Below are positions 30,089 through 42,528 of a stretch of DNA of 64,000 bases, in pieces; position 1 is the stretch's first letter, and each line of letters begins with the position of its first letter. Under the pieces are notes generated by a model, which had not been told where the DNA came from, searched no databases, and was given only the letters and a program-made list of their open reading frames with translations. A program made the position numbers and the translations under genes. Origin of the DNA: an uncultured Clostridia bacterium. Its GTDB lineage: Bacteria; Bacillota; Clostridia; TANB77; CAG-508. The DNA lies in NCBI GenBank assembly GCA_947626025.1, contig CANQQQ010000001.1:57020-121019 (forward strand), given 5' to 3'.

Positions 30089-30679
30089 TTAATAAATATT
30101 ATTTTCTAGTATATATTCATATATTTTATTATCCAGGTTTTCTGGTTTTTCTCCATTCTTAATTTTTGTTCTAATGTCTGTTGAAGAACAGTTATTAAAT
30201 TTATCATTTCTGATGACAGTAAATCTTTTTCTATTGTTCTTTAAAAGTTCATCATTTTCTATAACACTATTAGCTTCTGTTAGTCCTCTGTCTAATATTA
30301 TATAATTAAAATTATGTATTAGTTCTTCACTTTGTTTCCATGATTTTATATTCTTTAAATTGTCTGTACCCATTATAAAAAAGTTCTCATCTTCTTTGTG
30401 CTCATCATTTAATATTTTAAAAATATCTATTGCTTTATAGTTTTTATTAGATTTTATTTCTATATCAGATACTTGTAACTTATTTTCTTCACTGCATACA
30501 ATTTGTAGCATATTATATCTATCAATCGCTTTTGCCATACTTACTTTTTGATACAAATCTCCAACTGGCACAAATATAACTTTGTCTAAATTACATTCTT
30601 TTTGTGCTTTTTTAGCTAATTCAATATGAGCTTTTGTTGGGGGATTAAAACAACCTCCATAGAAACCTATTCTTGCCAT
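30089..30679 (-). CDS. nadD: nicotinate-nucleotide adenylyltransferase
   Basis: GFYGGCFNPPTKAHIELA (the H-x-x-H motif region). Start trimmed to the internal Met (MARIG) because the longer track ORF overlaps the upstream gene. Confidence 0.8.
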   Translation of the reverse strand: MARIGFYGGCFNPPTKAHIELAKKAQKECNLDKVIFVPVGDLYQKVSMAKAIDRYNMLQIVCSEENKLQVSDIEIKSNKNYKAIDIFKILNDEHKEDENFFIMGTDNLKNIKSWKQSEELIHNFNYIILDRGLTEANSVIENDELLKNNRKRFTVIRNDKFNNCSSTDIRTKIKNGEKPENLDNKIYEYILENNIY

Positions 30680-30680
30680 T

Positions 30681-31244
30681 TTATTTAAACAAACCTCCAA
30701 AATATTTTTCCATTTTAATGTCAAAATCTTCGTCATTATCTGTATTAAGTCTTATTACCTTAATATTTTTCGTTTGTTTTTCTACTTCATCTGCTAATTT
30801 AAGATATTCTCTTTGTTGCAATATACTACTTTCTGCTTCGAATTTTTGATATTCATGCTTATCCCTTTTTAATCTTCTATTAAATTCATTTTCATCTTTT
30901 AAGTATAAAATTACAAGATATATATCAGCATTGATGCTGTCCAATTTATTTAATAAATTTTTATAGACATCAGCAAAAGAATAATCTTGATATCCTAATC
31001 TAGCATATACTTCATTTGTAAAGAAATTTCTGTCAAATATCATATTTATATCTTTACAACTTTCTACATACTCTAATAATTTTTCATATTTAATTTTGAT
31101 TTTTTCTTTTCCACTTTCTGTTCGATCTTTAATTCCTGATAATCTATATAAATCTGTGGCACTCATTTTTTCTCTTAAATAATTTGTTACTGTAGTTTTT
31201 CCTGTTCCTTGTGGTCCTTCTACTATTATGATTTTATCTCTCAT
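30681..31244 (-). CDS. P-loop NTPase, deoxynucleoside/thymidylate-kinase-like
   Basis: 187 aa; Walker A IVEGPQGTGKTT at the N-terminus and a kinase-like size. Confidence 0.45.
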   Translation of the reverse strand: MRDKIIIVEGPQGTGKTTVTNYLREKMSATDLYRLSGIKDRTESGKEKIKIKYEKLLEYVESCKDINMIFDRNFFTNEVYARLGYQDYSFADVYKNLLNKLDSINADIYLVILYLKDENEFNRRLKRDKHEYQKFEAESSILQQREYLKLADEVEKQTKNIKVIRLNTDNDEDFDIKMEKYFGGLFK

Positions 31245-31322
31245 ATTCTTCTCCTAAATTTATTTCAATTTTTTTAAACAATTTTGTTTTTGCAAAACTT
31301 ATATTCAATACTAATTCATACA

Positions 31323-34282
<2,960 letters not shown>

Positions 34283-34295
34283 TTTACTTACCTCT

Positions 34296-35228
34296 TTATT
34301 CTAAAATATCGCCAACTTTTAATTGACTCCCTCTTAAGAAATCACATATAGGCATTGTTTTTGCATTTTCTCCCTGAATTTCAATAACTGAAATCACTTT
34401 ATCTTGTGTAGCAATTTTTAAACCTGTTTTATCACTTGCTTCTATTATATATCCTGGTTTATCTAATGAAAATTCATCTAAGATTTTAACCTTCCAAATT
34501 TTTAATTTTTTACCTTTATATATAGTATATGCACCTATCATGGGATTTAAGCCATATACCAAATTTTTTATCTTAATAGCCTTCTCATTCCAGTTTATTT
34601 TTGACATTTCTCTACTTAGCATTGGTGCAATAGTGAATTCTTTTTCTTGTGGTATTCTAGGTGCTGTTCCTTTTTCAATTCTATTTACAGTTTCTAATAA
34701 TAAATCTGCTCCTATATTAGATAGTTTTTTCCATAATTCACCTGTAGTATCATATTCTCCTATTTCTACTTCTTCTTTTAAAATAATATCTCCCGCATCC
34801 ATCTTTTCGTTCATATAAATTGTAGTAACTCCTGTTTTTTTATCGCCATTTAAAATTGACCATTGAATTGGAGCTGAGCCTCTGTATTTAGGCAATATTG
34901 AACCATGTAGATTTATACACCCAAATTTTGGAATATCTAATATTTCCTTAGGTAATATTTTTCCATATGCTACAACACATATAATATCTGGATTTAATTT
35001 TCTAATTTCATCTATAAATTCTTTGTCATCCTTTACACTTTGAGGTTGATATACTTTTATATTTTTATCTATAGCAAACTTTTTTACTGGACTTTCTGTT
35101 ATTTTCATTCCTCTGCCTTTTGGTCTATCAGGGTTAGTTACAACTCCTATAATCTCATGGCTAGAATTATATAACTTTTCTAATGATTCCTCAGCAAAAT
35201 CTGGTGTTCCCATAAATAGTATTCTCAT
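34296..35228 (-). CDS. fmt: methionyl-tRNA formyltransferase
   Basis: MRILFMGTPDFA N-terminus, HGSILPKYRG motif, 310 aa. Confidence 0.9.
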   Translation of the reverse strand: MRILFMGTPDFAEESLEKLYNSSHEIIGVVTNPDRPKGRGMKITESPVKKFAIDKNIKVYQPQSVKDDKEFIDEIRKLNPDIICVVAYGKILPKEILDIPKFGCINLHGSILPKYRGSAPIQWSILNGDKKTGVTTIYMNEKMDAGDIILKEEVEIGEYDTTGELWKKLSNIGADLLLETVNRIEKGTAPRIPQEKEFTIAPMLSREMSKINWNEKAIKIKNLVYGLNPMIGAYTIYKGKKLKIWKVKILDEFSLDKPGYIIEASDKTGLKIATQDKVISVIEIQGENAKTMPICDFLRGSQLKVGDILE

Positions 35229-35484
35229 TAACTATCACTTGTTCCTTTCTATAAAGTGATTATACCCATTATATCATTAAACATTTTTAGTATACCACAA
35301 ATGGAATAAAAATGGAATAGACATATTTAAAATTATATTTATTAATGGAAAATACTATACTGACTATTTTTATGCATATATTTAATGTGATAGGAAATAA
35401 AAAAATACATAAAGAACCATAGATTTTTTTTATTTTATATAATATAATTTTATTATATGTAATTATTAAAAGGAGAAATGTACT

Positions 35485-36024
35485 ATGAAAATATTAAAAA
35501 ATGCTCTAACAAATGAACTAAAAATTCGAACTGAAAAGAATTTTCCTATTGAAGGAATTGAGTTTATTGACATTACACCTCTTATTCTTCAAAAAGAGAC
35601 GTTCGAGGAAATAATTGATATGTTTGTAGAAAAATTACAAAATAAAAAAATAGACTATATAGTTGCTCCAGAAGCAAGAGGTTTCTTGTTTGGATCAGCT
35701 CTTGCTAATAGATTAAAAATTGGTTGCATCCCAGTTAGAAAGAAAGGAAAATTACCTCCTACAACTGTTGAATGCACTTTTCATTATGAGAAAGAATATG
35801 GAAAGGATGAAATGCAACTACCTAAGCTAGTTAATGCTACGTATGCAAATAAAAACTTTTATATAGTTGATGATATTTATGCAACAGGAAATACTATGAA
35901 AGCAATAATTAATGCTATAAAGAATTTAAATGGTAATGTTATTGGAAAAGGCGTTGTTATGAATATCGTTGGATTAAATAATGATACTGATGTGTTTTCT
36001 TTATTGGATATAGAAGAAGAATAA
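35485..36024 (+). CDS. apt: adenine phosphoribosyltransferase
   Basis: YIVAPEARGFLFG and FYIVDDIYATGNTM PRPP-binding motifs; good RBS AAAGGAGAAA. Confidence 0.85.
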   Translation: MKILKNALTNELKIRTEKNFPIEGIEFIDITPLILQKETFEEIIDMFVEKLQNKKIDYIVAPEARGFLFGSALANRLKIGCIPVRKKGKLPPTTVECTFHYEKEYGKDEMQLPKLVNATYANKNFYIVDDIYATGNTMKAIINAIKNLNGNVIGKGVVMNIVGLNNDTDVFSLLDIEEE

Positions 36025-36149
36025 TAAAGCTATCTTATACTACTTTTTATTCTTGCTGATTTAAATTTGCAATAAAATGAGAAAATCTTTAAGGTATAAT
36101 GATTATACTATTTTTTTGATACAAAGTTTGTATAAATTTCTTATTATAT

Positions 36150-36184
36150 AAAAAACGCACAACAATTGTTGTGCGTTTTTTACT
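36150..36184. terminator. bidirectional rho-independent terminator (apt / capA)
   Basis: AAAAAACGCACAACAATTGTTGTGCGTTTTTT is a perfect hairpin flanked by A-run and T-run. Confidence 0.8.
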
Positions 36185-36193
36185 TAGATTTAA

Positions 36194-37435
36194 TTATTCA
36201 ATTGTGTTGTTTATCTCTGGTCCAATCAATGTGCAACATCTGTCTCTTTCTGCTATAGCTAATTTGTACATTGATTCTGACCATACTCCTTCAGCATTTT
36301 CATAGCTCTCGATGATTTCATTTAAATCTAATAGCTCGTACCTATCTTTTGCACCTGCCTCCTTTATATTTACATATATAGGTACATAGGTAACACTCTC
36401 TACTGTTACTTCACCAGTTACCCCATTTTCTTTAACTGCAATATTGAAAATTGCTGTATTTCCCGTATTTATCTTTTTTTGATTTGAAAAGAAATTTCCC
36501 TGTGAAAATATCACTAGTCCCTCTTTTTCTTCTCCTTCTTCATTCACAACTTTCAACATTTTCATTGGCTGTAACACGTGTGGGTGACACCCTAGGACAA
36601 TTTTTACATCATTCTCAATTAAAAACTCTGCAAGTCTATCTTGTTCTGCATTTTCTGTAGTTTGATACTCTACACCCCAATGCATTGAGGCTACAATAAG
36701 TTCTGCACCTTGTGCTTTCGCTTGCTCAATTTGACTTAGTATAAATTCTTCATCTATTAAATTCACACAAAATTCTTTACCTGAAGGAAGAGGAATCCCA
36801 TTTGTTCCATAGGTAAAAGCAAGAAAAGCCGTTCGTATACCATTTAAGTCTTTAATCAAAATGGTATCCTGTTCCTCTGTATCCCGTGCAGTTCCAACAT
36901 GCTCAATTCCTGCATCATCTAAAAAATCCAATGTAGATGACAAGCCACTAAAACCTTTGTCTAAGCAATGATTATTTGCTGTCGTCATCACATCTACACC
37001 TAGTTCTTTTAGATCTATCGCTAAATGTTCAGGTGCATTAAAAGTAGGATAACCACTATATCCTCTTTCTTCTCCTGCCATAGGCGATTCAGCATTTCCT
37101 ATACTTATTGTAGCATCTTTAAAGTATTCCTCCACATATTTGAACATATAAGAGAAATCATAACTGCCTGTTTCTTTGTCATAAGCTGCTTTGAATAGTG
37201 GTTCATGACAAAGTGTATCACCAAATGATAGGATTGTTGCAAAGGAATCTTTTGGTATTAATTCTGGTATTTCAACCTTATCAAGAATTGACTCTAATGT
37301 CATTGTCCGTTGAGTTAAAACACTTTCTTTTGCACATTGTAAAACATTCACCTGTCCTACGTTCTCTGGTAACTTGCCTGTGCACCCTATAAATAGTGTT
37401 GCACTAATTGCAAATAGCATTGATAGTTTCTTCAT
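36194..37435 (-). CDS. CapA/PGA_cap family metallophosphoesterase-like lipoprotein (poly-gamma-glutamate-capsule-type protein)
   Basis: 413 aa; lipoprotein signal MKKLSMLFAISATLFIGC; CapA-family motifs (GNHxLD, HWGVEY). Local GC is visibly higher than in the neighbours. Confidence 0.75.
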   Translation of the reverse strand: MKKLSMLFAISATLFIGCTGKLPENVGQVNVLQCAKESVLTQRTMTLESILDKVEIPELIPKDSFATILSFGDTLCHEPLFKAAYDKETGSYDFSYMFKYVEEYFKDATISIGNAESPMAGEERGYSGYPTFNAPEHLAIDLKELGVDVMTTANNHCLDKGFSGLSSTLDFLDDAGIEHVGTARDTEEQDTILIKDLNGIRTAFLAFTYGTNGIPLPSGKEFCVNLIDEEFILSQIEQAKAQGAELIVASMHWGVEYQTTENAEQDRLAEFLIENDVKIVLGCHPHVLQPMKMLKVVNEEGEEKEGLVIFSQGNFFSNQKKINTGNTAIFNIAVKENGVTGEVTVESVTYVPIYVNIKEAGAKDRYELLDLNEIIESYENAEGVWSESMYKLAIAERDRCCTLIGPEINNTIE

Positions 37436-37544
37436 TTTTTTACCTCCTAATATTATTATTTAGTTTTTACAAAACAAGTCCTCGACTTGATAATTATATA
37501 TTATAGTTTAACATAAAAACTTGCAAAAATCAAATTTGAATTAA

Positions 37545-37587
37545 ATACCCCAAATTGTTAAACTTTCTTTTTAACAATTTGGGGTAT
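37545..37587 (-). terminator. terminator hairpin downstream of the glutamine synthetase gene
   Basis: 17-bp perfect stem ATACCCCAAATTGTTAAA / TTTAACAATTTGGGGTAT. Confidence 0.7.
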
Positions 37588-37607
37588 TTTTACATAATTT
37601 TAATAAG

Positions 37608-39494
37608 CTATATTCGATTATTTTTATATTTATTGTATAAATCCTCTAATTCCTCAATTTTTTTATCCATCTTTATTTGTAATTCTGATATATTTTTAAA
37701 ATCATTTTTTCTAGCACTTTCTACAATTTGACTTATTAAACTTATTTTATCTTTGTCATCTTTTGCTAGCTCTTCTTTCAAAGTACTTATTTGTTCCCAT
37801 AAGTCTTCATCATATTTATTATCATTTTCTAATTTTATGCATGCTAAAATCTTCTTCCTATTTTCTGGTATTATTCTCTGCTCTAGGTCCAATATCCAAT
37901 TTTGTATTGATAAATCTTTATACGCTTCTACAATTTCTCTTCCTAATCCTTTTTCAACAACATTTTTTTCATCTAATCTCGATACATTTTCATACACAGT
38001 CCTTGGACATACTCCAAATTTCTCGTCTCTCTCTTGTTCTGTATACTTTTCAAATATATCTTCTTCTTCTCTATAAATTTTATTTCTATTAAAATATCTT
38101 CCTTCATCTTTGAAGTTTTTGCAAAATTCTCTTTCAATTTGATCATTACTTAATTTCTTTTGCAAAGTAAAGTCTAATCCGTCCATTATAGCAACATTTA
38201 TAGCTGAAATAGTCATATAAATATTAGTTTTTGGATTTGGAGATCTTAATTCAAATCGTGTTGCTAATGGGTTATTTCTATCCCTTATTAAACAAGCTAA
38301 TACTGTTCTGTTTCTACTTTCTTCATTACAGCTTTTTCCTATAGAAGCAACTACATGTGTTGGTGCTTCATATCCAGGTGTTAACCTATTTAGTGAATCA
38401 GTTGTATTTGATATAAATGGGTTAATGAAATCATAATTTTTTAATATTCCCATTATCATTCCCCATCCAACTTTACTCATATAAGTATTTTCTTCTACTG
38501 GTTCTAATAAATTAATTTTTTCTCCATTTTCTTTATTTAGCATTATACTTAAATGGCAATGTTTACCACTTCCTGCTACTTTTTTTATAGGTTTTGCATT
38601 AAAACTAACTTCTAATCCATGTAATCTAAAGATTTCTTTTACTATTGTTCTGACCATTAGTTCATTATCTAGTGCTTTAACTACATTACTATATTTCCAA
38701 TCTATTTCTAGCTGTTCAACTATATGTGCATTTGAGCCCTCTGCTACATAAGTTTCTACTCCTCCAACTTCCTTATGTCCCATTTCTGGATTAATTTTAT
38801 ATAGTTCTAGTATTTCCAAAGTTTGCTCTAATGCTGTTCTAACAACTCCTTGTGTTCTCTTCCAATATTGCTCTTTTAGTGATTGTGATAATACTAATTC
38901 GTGAATATTTATTGAATCATATGGGGTTCTTACCCAAAATTCTAATTCAGTTCCTAACATAAATTGGATATCTTCATAATCCTTAATCTTTTCTATTCCA
39001 TAATGATTTAGTATTTCTCTATCACTATTTATTTTTTCTACTAGGTATTTTTTTAAATTACTTAGAGAAGTTTTTAATATATGCCTTGAATCTATGTAAT
39101 TTCCATTATGTAATAAATATGACCATATTCGTAAAGTACCTGTTGGCAAGTGTGTTTTACAATCTATATTTTCATAATTGTAATCAACATACCAATCTAC
39201 AGTTTTATCAGGAATTAGATCAACCCTAGCATCAGATAATGTTGCTATATTTCCTAAATCAACTGATGAACCATCAGTTTGAATTCCCCCATTTATTAGT
39301 TGATCCATGTTCTTTATAAAATATTCTACTGGTATTTTCTCATCTGTGTCTTTACCCATTAAATCAACTGCAACAAAGGAAACGAATTTTATCTCTTTGT
39401 GCTTTCTTAATATTTTCATTAAATGTTTTTTGTTACATTGGCTCCTTTCTATTGTATAGATTAATTCTTTGTTATAAATAAATTTATTCTCCAT
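37608..39494 (-). CDS. glutamine synthetase, type III-like (long form)
   Basis: 628 aa; GS beta-grasp and catalytic motifs (MLGTELEFWV, KPIKKVAGSGKHCHLS, NRLTPGYEAPTHVVASIG, NPLATRFELRSPNP) with an extended C-terminal region. Confidence 0.75.
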   Translation of the reverse strand: MENKFIYNKELIYTIERSQCNKKHLMKILRKHKEIKFVSFVAVDLMGKDTDEKIPVEYFIKNMDQLINGGIQTDGSSVDLGNIATLSDARVDLIPDKTVDWYVDYNYENIDCKTHLPTGTLRIWSYLLHNGNYIDSRHILKTSLSNLKKYLVEKINSDREILNHYGIEKIKDYEDIQFMLGTELEFWVRTPYDSINIHELVLSQSLKEQYWKRTQGVVRTALEQTLEILELYKINPEMGHKEVGGVETYVAEGSNAHIVEQLEIDWKYSNVVKALDNELMVRTIVKEIFRLHGLEVSFNAKPIKKVAGSGKHCHLSIMLNKENGEKINLLEPVEENTYMSKVGWGMIMGILKNYDFINPFISNTTDSLNRLTPGYEAPTHVVASIGKSCNEESRNRTVLACLIRDRNNPLATRFELRSPNPKTNIYMTISAINVAIMDGLDFTLQKKLSNDQIEREFCKNFKDEGRYFNRNKIYREEEDIFEKYTEQERDEKFGVCPRTVYENVSRLDEKNVVEKGLGREIVEAYKDLSIQNWILDLEQRIIPENRKKILACIKLENDNKYDEDLWEQISTLKEELAKDDKDKISLISQIVESARKNDFKNISELQIKMDKKIEELEDLYNKYKNNRI

Positions 39495-39699
39495 ACTCTC
39501 TCCTTAAATTTATATTTTAATACTTTAATATATTTTTCATATGTTTCTACAATTTTATTTTTTCGGAGTCAGTGGTTTTCTCATTATTCTTTTGTAAATG
39601 TATTATATATTAATTATTACTAATTTTCAATGGTAATCTATTAATTCCCATTAAAATGCATTATAATTTAATAATTAGAGTTTTATATCTTTATTTAAT

Positions 39700-39741
39700 T
39701 TTGTAATAAAACTGGCAGAGGAAAATACTTTCCTCTGCCAG
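39700..39741 (-). terminator. hairpin plus T-run between the 81-aa Zn-ribbon gene and the glutamine synthetase start (terminator or attenuator in the GS leader)
   Basis: CTGGCAGAGG-N10-CCTCTGCCAG followed on the minus strand by TTTTATTAC. Confidence 0.5.
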
Positions 39742-39758
39742 TTGTCATTCTCAATCTT

Positions 39759-40004
39759 TTAATCTGGATAACATTGAGACGCCAGTAAATAGTCTTCTTC
39801 CCCTTTTACATGCGGATATACTGAATGTTCATCTTCATAAAGTGCTTCTATATCTTCTTCTTTTAATATTGCACTAAACTGCAAACGACATTTTCTGCAC
39901 TTAACATGTGTTGACATGTCTCCCCGCATGTATACATTGTCTTCCTGTACCTGGTTCTGTGTTTTACATCTTGGGCAATTCGTAACTATTTTACCTTTTG
40001 CCAT
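39759..40004 (-). CDS. small zinc-ribbon protein (two CxxC pairs)
   Basis: 81 aa, CPRCK ... CRKCR. Protein-like, but the ORF is short. Confidence 0.4.
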   Translation of the reverse strand: MAKGKIVTNCPRCKTQNQVQEDNVYMRGDMSTHVKCRKCRLQFSAILKEEDIEALYEDEHSVYPHVKGEEDYLLASQCYPD

Positions 40005-40182
40005 ATTATTCCTCCTCTCGAGAGTCGCCTTCTGGCTATTTTATATAACATAATTATTTTACCATAATTGTGTTGATTTTTCAATACCCCTATAAAGTTA
40101 CTGATATTTTTCTAAATGCTTATTTTATGTAAAATTGTGATATATGCTTTAAAATTGCAATAATACACTGAAATATAATTTT

Positions 40183-40869
40183 CTAAAACTCTAAACATTT
40201 ATATTCTTGTATTTGATTATATAATGCTTTATCCTTATTATAATAAAAAGCCCATTCTTTATCCCCATATGAAAAGTGCCACCATTCTCCATCATATGGT
40301 GCAAATCCCTCTTCAAGCATTAATTTTCTTAATAATTCTCTATTTTTAATTGCATCTTCACTTATATATTCATTTTTATAATAACATTTATTGGAAGTAT
40401 AATCCAAAATTTCTGTTCCAAAATCCAATATGCTTTTTGAAACGTCATTATATATAGCTACATCTATTGCTCCTCCTGTTGGGTGTCCAGCAACAGACGG
40501 TACAGCAATTTTTTCATGTATATATTCATACAAATCAATTTCATCTTCAAATTCATTTTTCATATTTTTTAAAATATCATTAAAATACATTTCTTGTTTT
40601 TTTATTTCTCTAAAACCATATACCACTAATATTTTATATGATTTATTTATGATTTTTAATTTTTGAGATACCTTAATTAATTTATCATATACTGTTTTTC
40701 TAACAGGTATTTGCTTACCATATTCTAACATATCCATTCCTTTTTTGTACTTTCCAAAAACATACTCATCTTCTAATGGTATTAATACAAATTTTTCTTT
40801 ATTTGTTTCTTTATCATAATCACTTATTGTTAGTAAATCCCTATATTTCACGAAATTATTATTTAGCAT
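40183..40869 (-). CDS. D-alanyl-D-alanine dipeptidase (peptidase M15D, VanX/DdpX-like)
   Basis: AGHPTGGAIDV (S-x-H-x-x-G-x-A-x-D-type zinc site) and GEWWHFSYG (the E-W-W-H-F motif) of VanX-family dipeptidases. Confidence 0.8.
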   Translation of the reverse strand: MLNNNFVKYRDLLTISDYDKETNKEKFVLIPLEDEYVFGKYKKGMDMLEYGKQIPVRKTVYDKLIKVSQKLKIINKSYKILVVYGFREIKKQEMYFNDILKNMKNEFEDEIDLYEYIHEKIAVPSVAGHPTGGAIDVAIYNDVSKSILDFGTEILDYTSNKCYYKNEYISEDAIKNRELLRKLMLEEGFAPYDGEWWHFSYGDKEWAFYYNKDKALYNQIQEYKCLEF

Positions 40870-40890
40870 TTTTCCTCCTTAATATTTAAT

Positions 40891-41688
40891 CTATAAATCT
40901 AAAGAATATATCATTCCATCATTTTCAATATTTCCTGAAATTATCGCTCGTTGAAATTTATTATTCTTATAGTCTACAGTTGCTGTAATTATTAAACCTG
41001 ATGGCTGTACTATATCAATTTTCTGACATTGTTTTTTTAGATAAGCTTCAACTATACACACTGCTGTGCTTCCACTGCCACATGCTGTTTCATAAAATAG
41101 AGTATCTATATCCTTTACCCAAACAATCGGATTTATTTTTATTTTTCCTTTTTTCTTTTCGCAAAACATTACACCAACTGCCGAATTATTTACAAGATTA
41201 TAATTATCAATCAAATTTCTTCCAATTTGTTTCAAATTATTTTTATTATTTAAGTACTTTTTCGCTTCAAATTCTTGAATAACAATAATCGTAATTCCTT
41301 TCATCTCAACAATAAAAACTCCATTTTCCTTTTCTGTAACAATGTTACTATTCTCATTTAATGGTATTTCACACCAAGCTTTTTTATTTTTATCTACACC
41401 TGCTATAATTTTATCTTTTGAATTTACACATATCTGTATTTCCCCTGGCATTCCACCTAAATAGTTATATGCTGCACTTCTAGTTGCATTTCCACAAAAT
41501 TCTCCTCCTGCCATTTGTAGTTCTTTTTTTCCATTATTATTAATAAAACCAACTTGCTCAACATTTGTATGTTTCTTCATAATAGCATCGTTAATTTTTT
41601 TCTTCATTTTTTTAGTATAATTAGTACCATACACAAGTGCTGTATCATTACCGGCAGGTCTATATATAGAATATTTAATTTGACTCAA
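40891..41688 (-). CDS. diaminopimelate-epimerase-fold (DapF-like) PLP-independent racemase/epimerase
   Basis: 265 aa; GNDT near the N-terminus, GGEFCGNATRSAAY and ETACGSGSTAV, i.e. the two catalytic-Cys motifs of the DapF fold. TTG start with GGAGGG 8 nt upstream. Confidence 0.6.
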   Translation of the reverse strand: MSQIKYSIYRPAGNDTALVYGTNYTKKMKKKINDAIMKKHTNVEQVGFINNNGKKELQMAGGEFCGNATRSAAYNYLGGMPGEIQICVNSKDKIIAGVDKNKKAWCEIPLNENSNIVTEKENGVFIVEMKGITIIVIQEFEAKKYLNNKNNLKQIGRNLIDNYNLVNNSAVGVMFCEKKKGKIKINPIVWVKDIDTLFYETACGSGSTAVCIVEAYLKKQCQKIDIVQPSGLIITATVDYKNNKFQRAIISGNIENDGMIYSLDL

Positions 41689-42528
41689 TTTTTATCCCTC
41701 CAATTTTTTCTATTACATTGAATAAATTTTCTAATTTTCTCTGTTTTCGCATGTCTACTCTTGAATACTTTTCCATTTCATATTTTTTCTTTGCAGATTT
41801 ATTCCTTCTTAATTTCATAACCGCTTCTTCCTTTTATGTCTTTTAATTCTACCTTATTCATCTTAATTACGTTCCTTTTAGAATAATTATAAATTTTATA
41901 TATTTTTAAACTTAGTTTTATTTAGAAAAAATCGATATACTACAAAAAGACTATTTATAGTAATTTTTCTTCCTACAAATAGCCTTTTTAGTATATCTAT
42001 TCTTAATACTTTTAAACTATCGTAGGCAAAGCAATTTTAGCCTGTACCTACGCTACTTTTAGCAATAGTTACAAGCTCCTACAATGATGATGTAATTGGT
42101 TTAAAAATATTTTAAAATTCATAATTATTCCTCTTTTTATATAATATATGTTAGCATAATTTTTTATATACGTCAAGTATAGAGTATACTAACATTGCAT
42201 AAACTTTTTGTGGGAAACACCATTTTTGATATTTACCCATACATTATCTTACTTAGTATTTTTCTTATATTGCTATGCATTCCAGTTTTTTCAATTTCAA
42301 ATGTATATGTTTTTGTTTCTTCAACACCTATTTTTATATTTCTTGCTATTACTTTATCATAAGTTTAAAAAATTATCAATATTTTTTAAAAGTATATATC
42401 TGTTTATAAATGGTAATTATTGTATATAAAAAGCATAATTTAATTGAAAATATCAACTTTTTGTGATATTATTTTATAAAATATTAGAATTAAAAATTTT
42501 ACTACATAAACCAAAGGAGATATCAAAT

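Noticed and set aside
30680-30736. Longer N-terminal extension of nadD in the ORF track (MTKILTLKWKNILEVCLNK...)
   Set aside because: The extension overlaps the upstream kinase-like gene by 56 nt, and the conserved NadD fold begins at MARIGFYGG. The internal Met is the likely start.
41751-41846. 31-codon hydrophobic ORF (MSTLEYFSISYFFFADLFLLNFITASSFYVF) in the spacer next to the dapF-like gene, resembling a type I toxin peptide
   Set aside because: It has no Shine-Dalgarno and no flanking antisense-RNA structure. Hydrophobic mini-ORFs arise readily in AT-rich DNA. Kept only as a note.
42200-42330. 42-codon stop-free stretch on the minus strand (..YDKVIARNIKIGVEETKTYTFEIEKTGMHSNIRKILSKIMYG) that reads like a protein C-terminus
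   Set aside because: It has no start codon or upstream continuation. It could be a gene relic, but a 42-codon open frame has a few-percent chance of occurring randomly, and I cannot test homology.
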